The notes: generated by a model not told the origin, from the letters alone. Counted from the first letter of the stretch, positions 41,001 through 55,862 are shown. The stretch is DNA of 64,000 nt from Antedon mediterranea (GCF_964355755.1 NC_092674.1:22692001-22756000), one strand, 5' to 3'. Numbers and translations: made by a program.

Positions 41001-44000
41001 ACAACTAACTAAACTGAACTGCATTGCTCGGTTTAATTTTGTTCTACAACCAATAGATCAAACTACAATGTACTCTTAATTGTGTTCTATAATAACTCTA
41101 CCCCTACACATGTCTAACTACTTGAATGCTCTGCATTATTGTGTTGTCTAATAGATGATTTCTTAACCAATTATTCTGTTAAATATGTTTAAAATATGTA
41201 CTCCTAAATGGGTTCTATAAGAATTCTAACCCTACACATGTTTAACTACTATGTGCTGTAATATTGTGTTGTCTAATAGATTAGATAGATAGATTTCTCA
41301 ACCAATTATTCTGTTAGATTTGTCTCAAATATTTACTCTTAATTGTGTCCTATAACCTGAACTGCTGTGTTTAATTTTGTCCTACAACCAACTAAACTAA
41401 ACTGAATTGCTCTGTTTAATTTTGTTCTACAACCAAATTAACTAAACTTCTCTATTTAATTTTGTCTTACAACCAACTAAACTAAACTGAATTGCTATGT
41501 TTAATTGTGTCTTACAACCAACTAAACTTACTGAATTGCACAAGTCTAAATAGTTGAATGTTTTGTAGTATTGTGTTGTCTACTAGATAATTTCTTAACC
41601 AATTATACTTTTAGATTTGTCTAAAATATGTACACTTAATGATGTTCTATAATAACTGTACCCCTACACATGTCTAAATATTTGAATGTTCTGTATTGTT
41701 TTGTTGTCTACTAGATAATTTCCCAACCAATTATACTTTTAAATTTGTCTAAAATATATTATCTTAATTGTTGTCTACAATAACTGTACCCCTACATATG
41801 TCTAAATATTTGAATGCTCTGTATTATTGTTTTGGCTAATAGATGAATGGCTGTGTTTAATTTTGTTCTACAACCAACTTAACTAAACTGAACTGCTGTG
41901 TTTAATTATGTCCTACAACCAACTAATCTAAGCTGAATTGCTCGGTTTAATTTTGTTCTACAACCAACTAAACTAAACTGAATTGCTATGTTTAATTGTG
42001 TCCTAAAACCAACTAAACTACACTGAATTGCTCTGTTTAATTGTGTCCTAAAACCAACTAAACTAAACTGAATTGCTATGTTTAATTGTGTCTTAACACC
42101 AACTAAACTAAACTGAATTACTCTGTTTAATTGTGTCCTACAGCCAACTAAGCTAAATTAGAATTGGTCTGTTTAATGTTGTTCTACAACCAAATAAAAT
42201 AAACTGAATTACTCTGTTAAATTGTGTCCTACAACCAACTAAACTAAACTGAATTTCTCTGTTTATTTTGTTCTAAACTAAACTGAACTTCTGTGTTTAA
42301 TTGGGTCCTAAAACCAACTAAACTAAATTTCTCTGTTTCATTACTAAACTAAACTGTGCTGCTGTGTTAAATTGTGTCCTACAACCAACTAAACTAAACT
42401 AAGCTGCTGTGTTTAATTTTGTCCTACAACCAACTAAACTAAATTAAATTGCTCTGTTTAATTTTGTTCTACAACCAACTAAACTAAACTGAATTGCTCT
42501 GTTTAATTGTGTCCTACAACCAACTAAACTAAACTAAGCTGCTGTGTTCAATTGTGTCCTATAACCAACTAAACTAAATTTCTCTGTTTAATTGTGTCCT
42601 CTAACAAACTAAACTAAATTGCTCTGTTTAATTTTGTTCTAGAACCACACGTGTAACTAGTTGAATGTGAAATTTGCATTATTGGGTTGTTCAATAGATT
42701 ATTTCTCAACCAATTGTATTGTTAAATTTGTCTAAAATATTTACTCTAAATTGTGCTCTATAATAACTGTAACCTAACTACTTGAATGTCTTGTATTGTG
42801 GAGTTGTTCAATAGATGATTTATCAACTAATTATACTTCAGATTTGTCTAAAATATGTACTCTTAATTGTGTGCTATAATAACTGTACCCCTACACATGT
42901 CTAACTACTTGAATGTCCTGTATTATTGGGTTGTTTCATTTAGAATTTCTCAACTAATTATACTTCAGATTTGTCTAAAATATTTACTCCTAATTATGTT
43001 CTATAATAACTGTACCATGTATAATTGTTTTGTCTAAAAGTTCTTAACCAATTATAGTGTTAGATTTGCTGTTTTTTATTTTGCCCTAAAAAACTAACTA
43101 AATTAAACTGCATTCCTCTCTTTAATTTTGTTGTAAGTAACTAACAAATCTAAACTGAATTCCTTTGTTTAACTTTGTCATTAAGCAACTAACTAAACTG
43201 AACTGCATTGCTGTGTTTAATTTTGCCCTAAACAACTAACTAAACTGAACTGCATTGCTGTGTTTAATTTTGCCTTAAACAACTAACTAAACTGAACTGC
43301 ATTGCTCGGTTTAATTTTGTTCTACAACCAATAGATCAAACAACAATGTACTCTTAATTGTGTTCTATAATAACTGTACCCCTACACATGTCTAACTACT
43401 TTAATGTCCTGTATTATTGGGTTGTTCAATAGATGATTTTTCAACAAATAGTACTGTTAGATTTGTCTAAAATATGTACTCTTAATTGTGCTCTATAATA
43501 ACTGTACCCCTACACATGTCTGACTACTTTAATGTCCTGTATTGTTGAGTTGTTCAATAGATAATTTCTCAATGAATTAGACTTTTAGATTTGTCTAAAA
43601 TATGTACTCTTAATTGTGCTCTATAATAACTGTACCCCTACACATGTCTGACTACTTTAAGGTCCTGTATTGTTGAGTTTTTCAATAGATAATTTTTCAA
43701 TCAATTATACTTTTAGATTTGCTGTTTTATTTTGCCCTAAACAACTAACTAAACTGAACTGTATTGCTGTGTTTAAATTTCACCTACAACCAACTAAACT
43801 GAACTGCAATCCTGTGTTTAATTTTGCCCTAAACAACTAACTAACCTGAACTGCATTGCTGTGTTTAAATTTCTTCTACAACCAATTGATAAAAACTACA
43901 ATTTACTCTTAATTGTGTTCTATAATAACTGTCCCCCCAGACATGTCTAACTACTTGAATGTCCTGTATTATTGAGTTGTTCAATAGATGATTTCTCAAC

Positions 44001-44822
44001 CAATTACACTGTTAGATTTGTTGTTTTATTTTGCCCTAAACAACTAACTAAACTGAACTGCATTGCTGTGTTTAAATTTATCCTACAACCAATAGATCAA
44101 ACTACAATTTACTCTTAATTGTGCTCTATAATAACTGTACCCCTACACATGTCTAACTACTTGAATGTCCTGTATTATTGGGTTGTTCAATAGATGATTT
44201 TTCAACAAATAGTACTGTTAGATTTGTCTAAAATATGTACTCTTAATTGTGTTCTATAATAACTGTACCCCTACACTTGTCTGACTACTTTAATGTCCTG
44301 TATTGTTGAGTTGTTCAATAGATAATTTTTCAATCAATTATACTTTTAGATTTGTCTAAAATATGTACTCCTAATTGTGTTCTATAATAACTGCCCCCCC
44401 CCCCCCACATGTCTAACTACTTGAATGTCCTGTATTATTGTGTTGTCCAATAGATGATTTCTCAACCAATTACACTGTTAGATTTGCTGTTTTATTTTGA
44501 CCTAAACAACTAACTAAACTGAACTGTATTGCTGTGTTTAAATTTCACCTACAACCAATTGATAAAAACTACAATTTACTCTTAATTGTGTTCTAAAATA
44601 ACTGTACCCCTACACATGTCTAACTACTTGAATGTTCTGTATTATTGAGTTGTTCAATAGATGATTTCTCAACCAATTACACTGTTAGATTTGCTGTTTT
44701 ATTTTGCCCTAAACAACTAACTAAACTGAACTGTATTGCTGTGTTTAAATTTCTTCTACAACCAATTGATAAAAACTACAATTTACTCTTAATTGTGTTC
44801 TAAAATAACTGTACCCCTACAC

Positions 44823-47800
44823 TTAATGAAACACAACACAACTAAATGTATTTAAGTTATACTATCCGTACTTTACTAGTGATGTATAATGACAAATTAT
44901 AACAACATTAAGTGGCTGATGTGATTAATAAGTGTGCGCCGTTATTGAGACATCATGTTCTAGACCGTTTCAACGTAGCTGTTTACTGGCGATGTTTGAC
45001 TTACCAGTGAGTAACGATAACTTGCCATAATAATACATTCTGGACATCGGTGAGTTAGATTGATCAACATCTTTTAAGTTAACCAAATACTTAATTGGCG
45101 TCCATGATCATCATTATTGTTTCACTGCCTGTCGTTTAGTTGTTGTTGGTATGTCATGATAAAACAATTCATATTACATTGTATATATTGTAATTTATTG
45201 TACATACTTGTTAACTTAGGCTATATAGTGTTAACTATTCTCTGCTGTAAGCAGCTTGCTCAATTTTATTCATTTGTCATTTCCTTTTCTGTCTAATTTA
45301 AATGTTTGAATGTGACCTTTTTGATAATGTAAATGTGAGCACAGAATATTTTAACGAAGATAACTTAATTTCTTCACTTGAACATTCTAATTTATCATCA
45401 AACTTTTCTATATTTGGACTAAACTGTCGTAGTGTTGTTAATAAGTTTGACTTAATCTCAAACTATTTAGACTCACTCGTACATGCCTTCTCCGTCATTG
45501 CCTTCAGTGAAACCTGGTTAACCGAAAAAGATAATATTAATCTATACCAGTTACCAGGCTACAGTTTGATTCACAATGATAGGAAAGATAAGAGAGGTGG
45601 TGGGGTAGCGTTCTATGTTACCAACAAACTAACATATATTATTAGAAATGATCTGTCATCTTGTATGACTGAAGCAGAGACTATTTTTATTGAGATTGAG
45701 TTAGAATCAGGAAATAATGTTATTTGTGGTATAGTTTATAGACCACCCTCACGTTCCTTGCAAAAGTTTGATGATGAATTAACATGTGTAATGCAAATGA
45801 TTAATCTAGAAAAAAAGAAAGCTTACCTTGTGGGAGACTATAACATAAACTTACTCCAACAATCTACCGACAACACTATCCAATCACACTTAGACACAAT
45901 ATTTTCTCAGTCATTTCAGCCAATCATAAAAAGTCCTACTAGAATATCCGATAATTGTGCTTCAATAATTGATAACATTTATTGCAACATCGATTCTTTT
46001 ACTACGTCCCTTAAAAGTGGAATACTTATTACTGATATTTCTGATCACTTCCCAATATTCTGTGTAGATACTTTGGAAAAACATAATAAGCAATATCCTC
46101 GATTTGTATATAAACGACAATACTCTCCTCAACAAACGGAGTATTTTTTGCAAGAATTACAAAGTAATCAGTGGAATGATGTGCTATTCTCAAATAATGC
46201 GAATGTTGCTTATCAAAATTTTACAAACACTTTAAATAAAACAATTGATAATTGTTTCCCTTTAAAACGAATTAGAAATAAGGCGAACAAGTTAAAATCT
46301 CCTTGGATCACAGCTGAAATTGCCAGAGCTATCTCTCAAAAACATAAATTATATAAAAAGTACAAACAAAATAACACCACTACTAATAAAAGTACGTACA
46401 TACATTTTAGAAACAAGTTAACCACTACTATTAGAAATCGGAAAAAAGAATATTATATGGTCCAGTTTGAACGAAATAAACAAGATATTAAAAAAACGTG
46501 GACAATCCTAAATGATATAATGGGTAGGAAAAAGACTACCAATTTGCCTACAAAAATAAAATTGGGTACTGATACTTTCTCTGATAATGATGAGAAAGCT
46601 GATGCATTCAACTCTTTTTTTATTAATATTGGAGAAAAACTAAATAATAAATTTAGGCATGAATCTCAAAATGAAGAAATCACCCACAGAACTTTCTTAA
46701 AGGGAAATTTTACCTCTTCAATGTTTTTTAAGCCTGTTACTGAACATGAACTTAACCACTATATTAAAAACACAAAGAATACTTCTCCTGGCCATGATGG
46801 TATAAGTGCCCAACTCATAAAATCTGCTTCCCCGTTTATTTTAAAACCTTTATTGCATATTATTAATACGTCATTATCATCGGGCTGTGTCCCGGCTGAT
46901 ATAAAAATTGCTAAAGTTATCCCGGTATTTAAGAATGGTGACATCTCCGATATAAATAATTATCGGCCTATTTCCATTTTACCCTTTTTTTCCAAAATAT
47001 TTGAGAGGATTGTGTATGATCAAACGATTTGTTACCTCTCAAAATATAACGTACTGAGTAAAACACAGTATGGATTTAGACAACACCATTCAACTAGTCA
47101 TGCTTTAATACAATCGATTGAAAAAATCACAAACGCTATTGAGAATAAAGAGTTCACACTAGGAGTTTTCCTTGATTTATCAAAAGCGTTTGATACAATC
47201 GATCATGATGTATTATTAGATAAGTTAAGATTTTATGGTATAAGAGGAGTTCCGCTAAACTGGTTCTCAAACTATCTTAAAAAAAGACTACAATACACAT
47301 TTATTGTTAATACTGCATCTAGTAAAATGACAGTAAACACTGGAGTTCCTCAGGGATCCATATTGGGTCCATTATTATTTCTTATATTCATTAATGATAT
47401 TAGTCTAGCATGTAACCATGTAGACATGATTATGTATGCAGATGACACAAATGTGTTTTATAGTCACAATGATATTACTCAAGCTTTTGATACAATGAAC
47501 CAGGAGTTATCTATACTTTCGGACTGGTTTATTGCTAACAAATTAACGCTAAATGTAAACAAATCAAAATATGTTATATTTAAGGCTAGAAATAAGTCAG
47601 CTGACACTACCTCACTAGAATTGAGGATGGGAAATGAATGTATAGTAAAAGCTACTGAAGTTAAATTTCTAGGCTTATTTCTGGATGAAACTTTATCGTT
47701 TAATTTTCATGTAAATGAGGTAGCAAACAGTATTTCTAGAATAATTGGTGTCTTAAACAAAGTGAAGTCTATGTTATCAAGTAAAATCTTGTTAACGGTA

Positions 47801-48465
47801 TACAATGCACTTATATTACCTAGAATAACGTATGCTATCACAGTATGGGGTGCTACTTCTGCTACAAACTTAAACCGTATACATATTCTCCAGAAAAAAG
47901 CACTTAGAAATATTTGTCATGTTCATTTTATGCATCCTTCTCATCCACTTTTTATTTCAACCCAAACATTAAATATTTTTGACCTTTATACGAAACACAC
48001 TGCTATATTTATGTATCAATATAAACATAATCTATTACCTGAATCATTTAATAACTTATTTAGTACATCTGCCTCATTCCATAATACTCAACTAGAAACA
48101 GGTCAAACTACTGTCCACAACTAAAACGCACCAAAGTCGGACAGCAATGTATTTCCTACCAAGGAACACATATTTGGAACAATTTAACAGACTATATAAA
48201 ACAATCCCCCACTTTAAGTTTGTTTAAACAGAGATTAAAGCAATATTATAACAATAGAAATATTTAAGTTAAGTAAATCACATTATGTTATTTTGGTTTG
48301 TTCTTTTTGTTTGTACTAATTGTTTGATCTTTTTGTTAGGGTTACATGCTTAAAGCACTTGTGCTTATTTTGTATCCCATTCCATTATCTTATTATTTGT
48401 ATTGTATTTGTATATGTTTTTATTTTGATTATGGAATAAAAATGTCGATGAATTGAATTGAATTG
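44823..48465 (+). mobile_element. 5'-truncated non-LTR retrotransposon (CR1/L2 group, Crack/Daphne-like) inserted in a satellite monomer
   Basis: The satellite monomer GTACCCCTACAC|ATGTCTAAC is split exactly at 44822/48466 with no TSD. Contains ORF2, a 3' UTR stem-loop (AAGCAC-TT-GTGCTT, 48353-48366), AATAAA at 48435 and a (GAATT)n tail. Confidence 0.93.
45302..48267 (+). CDS. LINE ORF2: APE endonuclease + reverse transcriptase, with one frameshift near the C-terminus
   Basis: APE motifs LNCRS, SETWL, GGGVAFY, YRPP, GDYN, IDNI, SDHFP. RT motifs YRPISIL, QYGFR, FLDLSKAFD, GVPQGSILGP, YADD, FLG. The open frame ends at 48124, but the typical C-terminus (TRNR...SYQGTHIWNNL...FKQRLK*) continues in another frame from 48091 to a stop at 48265-48267, implying a 1-nt deletion near 48086. 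Confidence 0.95.
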
Positions 48466-51400
48466 ATGTCTAACTACTTGAATGTTCTGTATTATTGAGT
48501 TGTTCAATAGATGATTTCTCAACCAATTACACTGTTAGATGTGTTGTTTTATTTTGCCCTAAACAACTAACTAAACTGAACTGTATTGCAGTGTTTATAT
48601 TTCACCTACAATTCCAACTAAACTGAACTGCAATCCTGTGTTTAATTTTGCCCTAAACATCTAACTGAACTGAACTGCATTGCTGTGTTTAAATTTCTTC
48701 TACAACTAACTAAACTGAACTGTATTCCTGTGTTTAATTTTGCCCTAAACAACTAACTAACCTGAACTGCATTGCTGTGTTTAAATTTCTTCTACAACCA
48801 ATTGATAAAAACTACAATTTACTCTTAATTGTGTTCTATAATAACTGTCCCCCCAGACATGTCTAACTACCTGAATGTTCTGTATTATTGAGTTGTTCAA
48901 TAGATGATTTCTCAACCAATTACACTGTTAGATTTGCTGTTTATTTTGCCCTAAACAACTAACTAAACTGAACTGTATTGCTGTGTTTAAATTTCACCTA
49001 CAACCAACTAAACTGAACTGCAATCCTGTGCTTAATTTTGCCCTAAACAACTAACTAACCTGAACTGCATTGCTGTGTTTAAATTTCTTCTACAACCAAT
49101 TGATAAAAACTACAATTTACTCTTAATTGTGTTCTATAATAACTGTACCCCTACACATGTCTAACTACTTGAATGTTCTGTATTATTGGGTTGTTCAATA
49201 GATGATTTCTCAACCAATTACACTGTTAGATTTGTCTAAAATATGTACTCTTAATTGTGCTCTATAATAACTGTACCCCTACACATGTCTGACTACTTTA
49301 ATGTCCTGTATTGTTGAGTTGTTCAATAGATAATTTTTCAATCAATTATACTTTTAGATTTGTCTAAAATATGTACTCCTAATTGTGTTCTATAATAACT
49401 GCCCCCCTACACATGTCTAACTACTTGAATGTTCTGTATTATTGAGTTGTTCAATAGATGATTTCTCAACCAATTACACTGTTAGATTTGCTGTTTTATT
49501 TTGCCCTAAACAACTAACTAAACTGAACTGTATTGCTGTATTTATATTTCACCTACAATTCCAACTAAACTGAACTGAAATCCTGTGTTTAATTTTGCCC
49601 TAAACATCTAACTAACCTGAACTGCATTGCTGTGTTTAAATTTCTTCTACAACCAATTGATAAAAACTACAATTTACTCAGATTAATTGTGTTCTAAAAT
49701 AACTGTCCCCCTACACATGTCTAACTACCTGAATGTTCTGTATTATTGAGTTGTTCAATAGATGATTTCTCAACCAATTACATTGTTAGATTTGCTGTTT
49801 ATTTGCCCTAAACAACTAACTAAACTGAACTGCATTGCTGTGTTTAAATTTCTTCTACAACTAACTAAACTGAACTGGATTCCTGTGTTTAATTTTGCCA
49901 TAAACAACTAACTAACCTAAACTGCATTGCTGTGTTTAAATTTCTTCTACAACCAATTGATAAAAACTACAATTTACTCTTAATTGTGTTCTATAATAAC
50001 TGTACCCCTACACATGTCTAACTACTTGAATGTCCTGTATTATTGGGTTGTTCAATAGATGATTTTTAAACAAATAGTACTGTTAGATTTGTCTAAAATA
50101 TGTACTCTTAATTGTGCTCTATAATAACTGTACCCCTACACTTGTCTGACTACTTTAATGTCCTGTATTGTTGAGTTGTTCAATAGATAATTTCTCAATC
50201 AATTAGACTTTTAGATTTGTCTAAAATATGTACTCTTAATTGTGCTCTATAATAACTGTACCCCTACACTTGTCTGACTACTTTAATGTCCTGTATTGTT
50301 GAGTTGTTCAATAGATAATTTCTCAATCAATTATACTTTTAGATTTGTCTAAAATATGTACTCCTAATTGTGTTCTATAATAACTGTCCCCTACACATGT
50401 CTAACTACTTGAATGTCCTGTATTATTGTGTTGTCCAATAGATGATTTCTCAACCAATTACACTGTTAGATTTGCTGTTTTATTTTGCCCTAAACAACTA
50501 ACTAAACTGAACTGTATTGCTGTGTTTAAATTTCACCTACAACCAACTAAACTGAACTGCAATCCTGTGTTTAATTTTGCCCTAAACAACTAACTAACCT
50601 GAACTGCATTGCTGTGTTTAAATTTCTTCTACAACCAATTGATAAAAACTACAATTTACTCTTAATTGTGTTCTATAATAACTGTCCCCCAGACATGTCT
50701 AACTACTTGAATGTCCTGTATTATTGAGTTGTTCAATAGATGATTTCTCAACCAATTACACTGTTAGATTTGTTGTTTTATTTTGCCCTAAACAACTAAC
50801 TAAACTAAACTGAACTGCATTGCTGTGTTTAAATTTATCCTACAACCAATAGATCAAACTACAATGTACTCTTAATTGTGTTCTATAATAACTCTACCCC
50901 TACACATGTCCGACTACTTTAATGTCCTGTATTGTTGAGTTCTTCAATAGATAATTTCTCAATCAATTAGACTTTTAGATTTGTCTTTAATATGTACTCT
51001 TAATTGTGTTCTAAAATAACTGTACCCCTACACATGTCTAACTACTTGAATGTTCTGTATTATTGAGTTGTTCAATAGATGATTTCTCAACCAATTACAC
51101 TGTTAGATTTGTTGTTTTATTTTGCCCTAAACAACTAACTAAACTGAACTGTATTGCTGTGTTTATATTTCACCTACAACCAACTAAACTGAACTGCAAT
51201 ACTGTGTTTAATTTTGGCCTAAACAACTAACTAACCTGAACTGCATTGCTGTGTTTAAATTTCTTCTACAACTAACTAAACTGAACTGTATTCCTGTGTT
51301 TAATTTTGCCATAAACCACTAATTAACCTAAACTGCATTGCTGTGTTTAAATTTCTTCTACAACCAATTGATAAAAACTACAATTTACTCTTAATTGTGT

Positions 51401-52103
51401 TCTATAATAACTGTACTCTTAAACATGTCTAACTACTTGAATGGCTATTGGGTTGTTCAATAGATGATTTCTCAACCAATTATAATTTTAGAGTTGTCAA
51501 ATATATGTACTCCTAAATAGGTTATATAATAACTGTACCCCTACACATGTCTAACTACTTGAATGTCCTGTATTATTGGGTTGTTCAATAGATAAATTGA
51601 ATTGGTCGGTTTAATTTTGTTCTACAACCAACTTAACTAAACTGAATTGCTGTGTTTAATTGTGTTCTACAAACCACTAAACTAAACTGCATTGTTGTGT
51701 CTACATTTGTCCTACAACAATTAACCAAACTAAACTATGTTCACTTTTGTTTCACAACCAACTAAATTCCATTGCTGTGTTTAAATTTGTCCTACAGTAC
51801 AATTAACTAAACTATACTAAACTGAATTGATGTTTTTAATTGTTTTCCTATACAGAAAATAACTAAACTGAACTGTATTACCCTGTTTAAATATGTTCTA
51901 CAACCAACTAAACTACATTGCTGCTTTTAATTTTTCCCTACAGTAAATAACTAAACTAAACTGTATTCCTTAGTTTAATTTTGTCCTACAACAACTAACT
52001 GAACTGTATTGCTGTTTTTAATTTTTCCCTACAGTAATTAACTAAACTGACTGCATTTCTGTGTTTAACTTTAGTCTAGTACAAGAAGATTTAATTTGTT
52101 CTA

Positions 52104-53910
52104 CATTAAATACAAGCTATTCTAAAATGTGTTTTGTGTATGTTGGTGTGTGAGTGTGTTTATGTATGGTTAGTAGATAAATGAAACATTGTTAGTAAAT
52201 TAAAGCAAAACATTTATAATGAGTTTACTGATTACCTTAATTATTAATAAGCCATTAACTTGTATGTGAAGTGGAGGATGTTTAAAACCACAGCAGTAAC
52301 TGGGAAAAAAAATGAAAAAGCACATTTTAATAAACATTAGAAGTTGTTTAAAAAAAAGTTTTAATTTTCTGTTTGAAATGTAATACTTTACTAACAATTC
52401 TCAGATGTGTTACATTACACTTTTTTCGCTTCATTTTTAATTGTAAATGTATTTGCTTTGTATTGGCTTTAGAATTAATTTAAGACAACTGTTAAATTAC
52501 ATTTCTAGTCATTGACTTGGGTGCTTTGTTGTATTTAATTGGGCTTAAAATTGTTTAATTGTCATCTTGTTTTAACATGAATTAATGTGTATGAAAATAA
52601 AGACTATTAGTTATATTCAACCATCTCCTTTTTTTTCTTCCTAAATGTATTATTCATCTTGTTTCCACTTCCACTTCTAGATTATCCTCTTTCTTATCCA
52701 TTATCAATATCACTGTTTAAAAAAAACCCATTATGTTCAGTCATTAGTATACAGTACTAATAAAACTAATAACATTTTTAGTGCATTATTCATTTTTATG
52801 ACCTAAACAGACTGTATGTCTGTGTATCATATATTGTGATTTTTAACAATGAACAGCTGATGGAGAAGGGAAAGCTAAATTGAATTTGAGCATTTCAAAT
52901 TAACTACTTTTTTACTGTCTTTTGTAATCGTGTTGTCAACTAATCACATTAGACATTTTGTTTGATAAATGTAATGTAAATTTAATTTCTAATTGTACTG
53001 CTACAATTATTACTATTATCTGATGGTTTAAAGCGTAAAGCAATATTGAGATGACCAATTACCTTTAAAAGACATCAAATTGTGAAGTAAGACTTGTTGA
53101 AAGCAACAATACTTGGTACTAATCATAGCAGAGGCTGAAAATATAATTAATAAAAAAAATATGTGAATAAACATTTTTACTTGTAGTACTAGCAGTTTTT
53201 TTTATTAGCATTTTTGCACCTAAATTACCTCTTTATTTTACATTTACTCTACAGTATTTCAATGCTATATGTTATTAGTTTGACTGGCCTCATTACATGT
53301 CCTACCATTGATTTCATCCTTTATTGTAATATAAAATATTAATTTAATTGATTGTTTTAATGTAAGGTATGATTTTAGTCATATATTCAACCATATATTT
53401 TCTGCTCCTTCATCTTGTTATTTTCCTCTCTTCTAGACCTTTTTTCCATTTGTACCATCATGTTTTTCACTGAAAATAAACTGAATACAGTCAACACCAA
53501 CAGCATTCAATAGTTACTATTTTAAGAAATCTCTTTTGTTACCACTAGGCCTACTACCATTATTTGGATTGAATTATTATTATTTATCACTTTATTTATA
53601 ATTTTAAGGAGTAATTGTTATTTTTATGACCTAAACATAATTGTATTTTCATATGTTGTTAGTAACATTAAAACGTTGATTAAGCGTGGGACTTAAAATA
53701 CCTGAAGTTAAGTTGATTTTTGAGTCATCAGAAATTGAATAGGCTAGTTGATTGAATACTCCAAACCGAACACTAAAACTAAAAATTAATTTGCATTATA
53801 ATATAAGTCATATATAGTATTTTTAATTCATGAAAATAGTATTACAAAATTATGTTTAAAATATTTACGATGGATGCTTGATTACTGATTTAATGCGGGG
53901 CTTGTTCTAA
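52104..53910 (+). repeat. Copy 1 of an internal segmental duplication within the element
   Basis: CATTAAATACAAGCTATTCTAAAA.GTGTTTTGTGTATGTTGGTGTGTGAG... through GATTTAATGCGGGG.TTGTTCTAA is repeated at 54891-55862. Confidence 0.85.
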
Positions 53911-54890
53911 CTAAACTAAACTGCTGTGTTTAATTGTGTCCTACAACAAACTCCTAATTGTGTCCTATAATAACTATACCCCTACACATGTCTAACTACT
54001 TGAATGTCTTGTATTGTTGGGTTGTTTTATAGATGATTTCTCAACCAATTATACTTTCAGATTGTCTAAAATATTTACTTCTAATTGTGTTCTATAATAA
54101 TAACTGTACCCCTACACATGTCTAACTACTTGAATGTCCAGTATTGTTGAGTGATTTAATAGATGATTTCTCAACCAATTACACTTTCAGATTGTCTGAA
54201 ATATGTACTCTTAATTGTCTTCTATAATAACTGTACCACTACACATGTCTAACTACTTGAATGTCCTGTATTATTGGTTTGTTTAATAGATGATTTCTCA
54301 ACCAATTATACTTTCAGATTGTCTAAATAGGTACTCTTAATTGTGTTCTATAATAACTGTACCGCTGCACATGTCTAACTACTTGAATGTCCTGTATTAT
54401 TGGTTTGTTTAATGTTGTGTCAATAAATGATTTCTAAACCAATTTTTTCCTACAATTAACTAAATAAACTGCAATGTTTATGTGTTTATTTTTTCCTACA
54501 GTAAATAACTAAACAGAACTGTATTGCTGTGTCTGCATTTGTAATACAACAATTAACCAAACTGTTCATTTTTGTCCAACAACCAACTAAAACTAAACTT
54601 CATTTCTCTGTTATTTTTTTTTCCCTATACAGTAAATAACTAAACTCAACTGAACTGCATTCTCCTGTTTAAATTAGTTCTACAACCAACCACTAAACAA
54701 CATTGCTCCGTTTAATTTTTATATACAGTAAATATAAACTAAACTGAACTGTATTCCTCTGTTTAATTTTAAGCAACTAACTAAGCTTTATTGATGTTGA
54801 ATTTTGTCCTACAACTAATAAGCCTAGATCAAACTTTTGTTGTGTTTAATTTTGTCCTACAACTACATTGTTATGTTTACTTTTGTCCTA

Positions 54891-55862
54891 CATTAAATAC
54901 AAGCTATTCTAAAAGGTGTTTTGTGTATGTTGGTGTGTGAGTGTGTTTATGTATGGTTAGTAGATAAATGAAACATTGTTATAAATTAAAGCAAAACATT
55001 TATAATGAGTTTACTGATTACCTTAATTAAGCCATTAACTTGTATGTGATGTGGAGGATGTTTGAAACCACAGCAGTAACTGAAAAATGAAAAAGCACAT
55101 TTTAATAAACATTAGAAGTTGTCTAAAATAAAAGTTTTAATTTTGTATTTTATTTATATTACATTTCTAACAATTCTGACTCTTACATTATACTTTTCTC
55201 ACTTCATTTTAATTGTAAATGAATTTGCTTTGTATTGGCTTTAGAATTAATTTAAGACACCTGTTAAATTACATTTCATGGCATTGACTTGGGTGCTTTG
55301 TTGTATTTAATTGGGCTTAAAATAGTTTAATAGTCATTTTGTTTTAACATGAATTAATGTGTATGAAAATTGCCATACAGATAAGTATACCATATTTTTC
55401 CTGCTCCTTCATCTTGTTATTTTCCTCTCTTCTAGATATATTTTCTCCATTTGTACCATAATGTGTTTCACTGAAAAAAAAACTGAATACAGTATTTAAT
55501 AGTTACTATTTTAAAACATCTCTTTTGCTACCATTATTTGGATTGAATTAATGTTTATTTATAATTTTAAAGAGTAATTGTTATTTTTATGACCTAATAG
55601 TAATTGTATTTTCATTATTATGTTGTTAGTCACATTAAACATAAGTTGAATAAGCTTGGGACTTAAAATACCTAAATTTAAGTTGATTATTGAGTCATCA
55701 GAAATTGAGTAGTTGATTGAATACTCCAAACCGGACACTAAACTAAAAATTAATTTGCTTTGTAAGACATAATAGTATGTTTAATTTGTGAATAATAGTA
55801 TTACAAAATTATGTTAAAAATATTTGGGATGGATGCTTGATTTAATGCGGGGATTGTTCTAA
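54891..55862 (+). repeat. Copy 2 of the internal segmental duplication (lacks ~0.8 kb present in copy 1)
   Basis: Colinear with 52104-52600 and 53390-53910. Confidence 0.85.

Larger units (their letters stand above)
35980..54890 (+). repeat. Composite satellite of ~128-bp, 47-bp and 45-bp monomers (interrupted by a LINE and a non-satellite segment)
   Basis: 128-bp unit AACTGTACCCCTACACATGTCTAACTACTTGAATGTCC...: GTACC at 43376, 43504 and 43632. 47-bp unit AAACAACTAACTAAACTGAACTGCATTGCTGTGTTTAATTTTGCCCT. 45-bp unit CAACCAACTAAACTAAACTGAATTGCTCTGTTTAATTGTGTCCTA. Confidence 0.95.

Noticed and set aside
45962-46944. Short antisense ORFs within the LINE
   Set aside because: Shadow frames of ORF2 with no independent signal.
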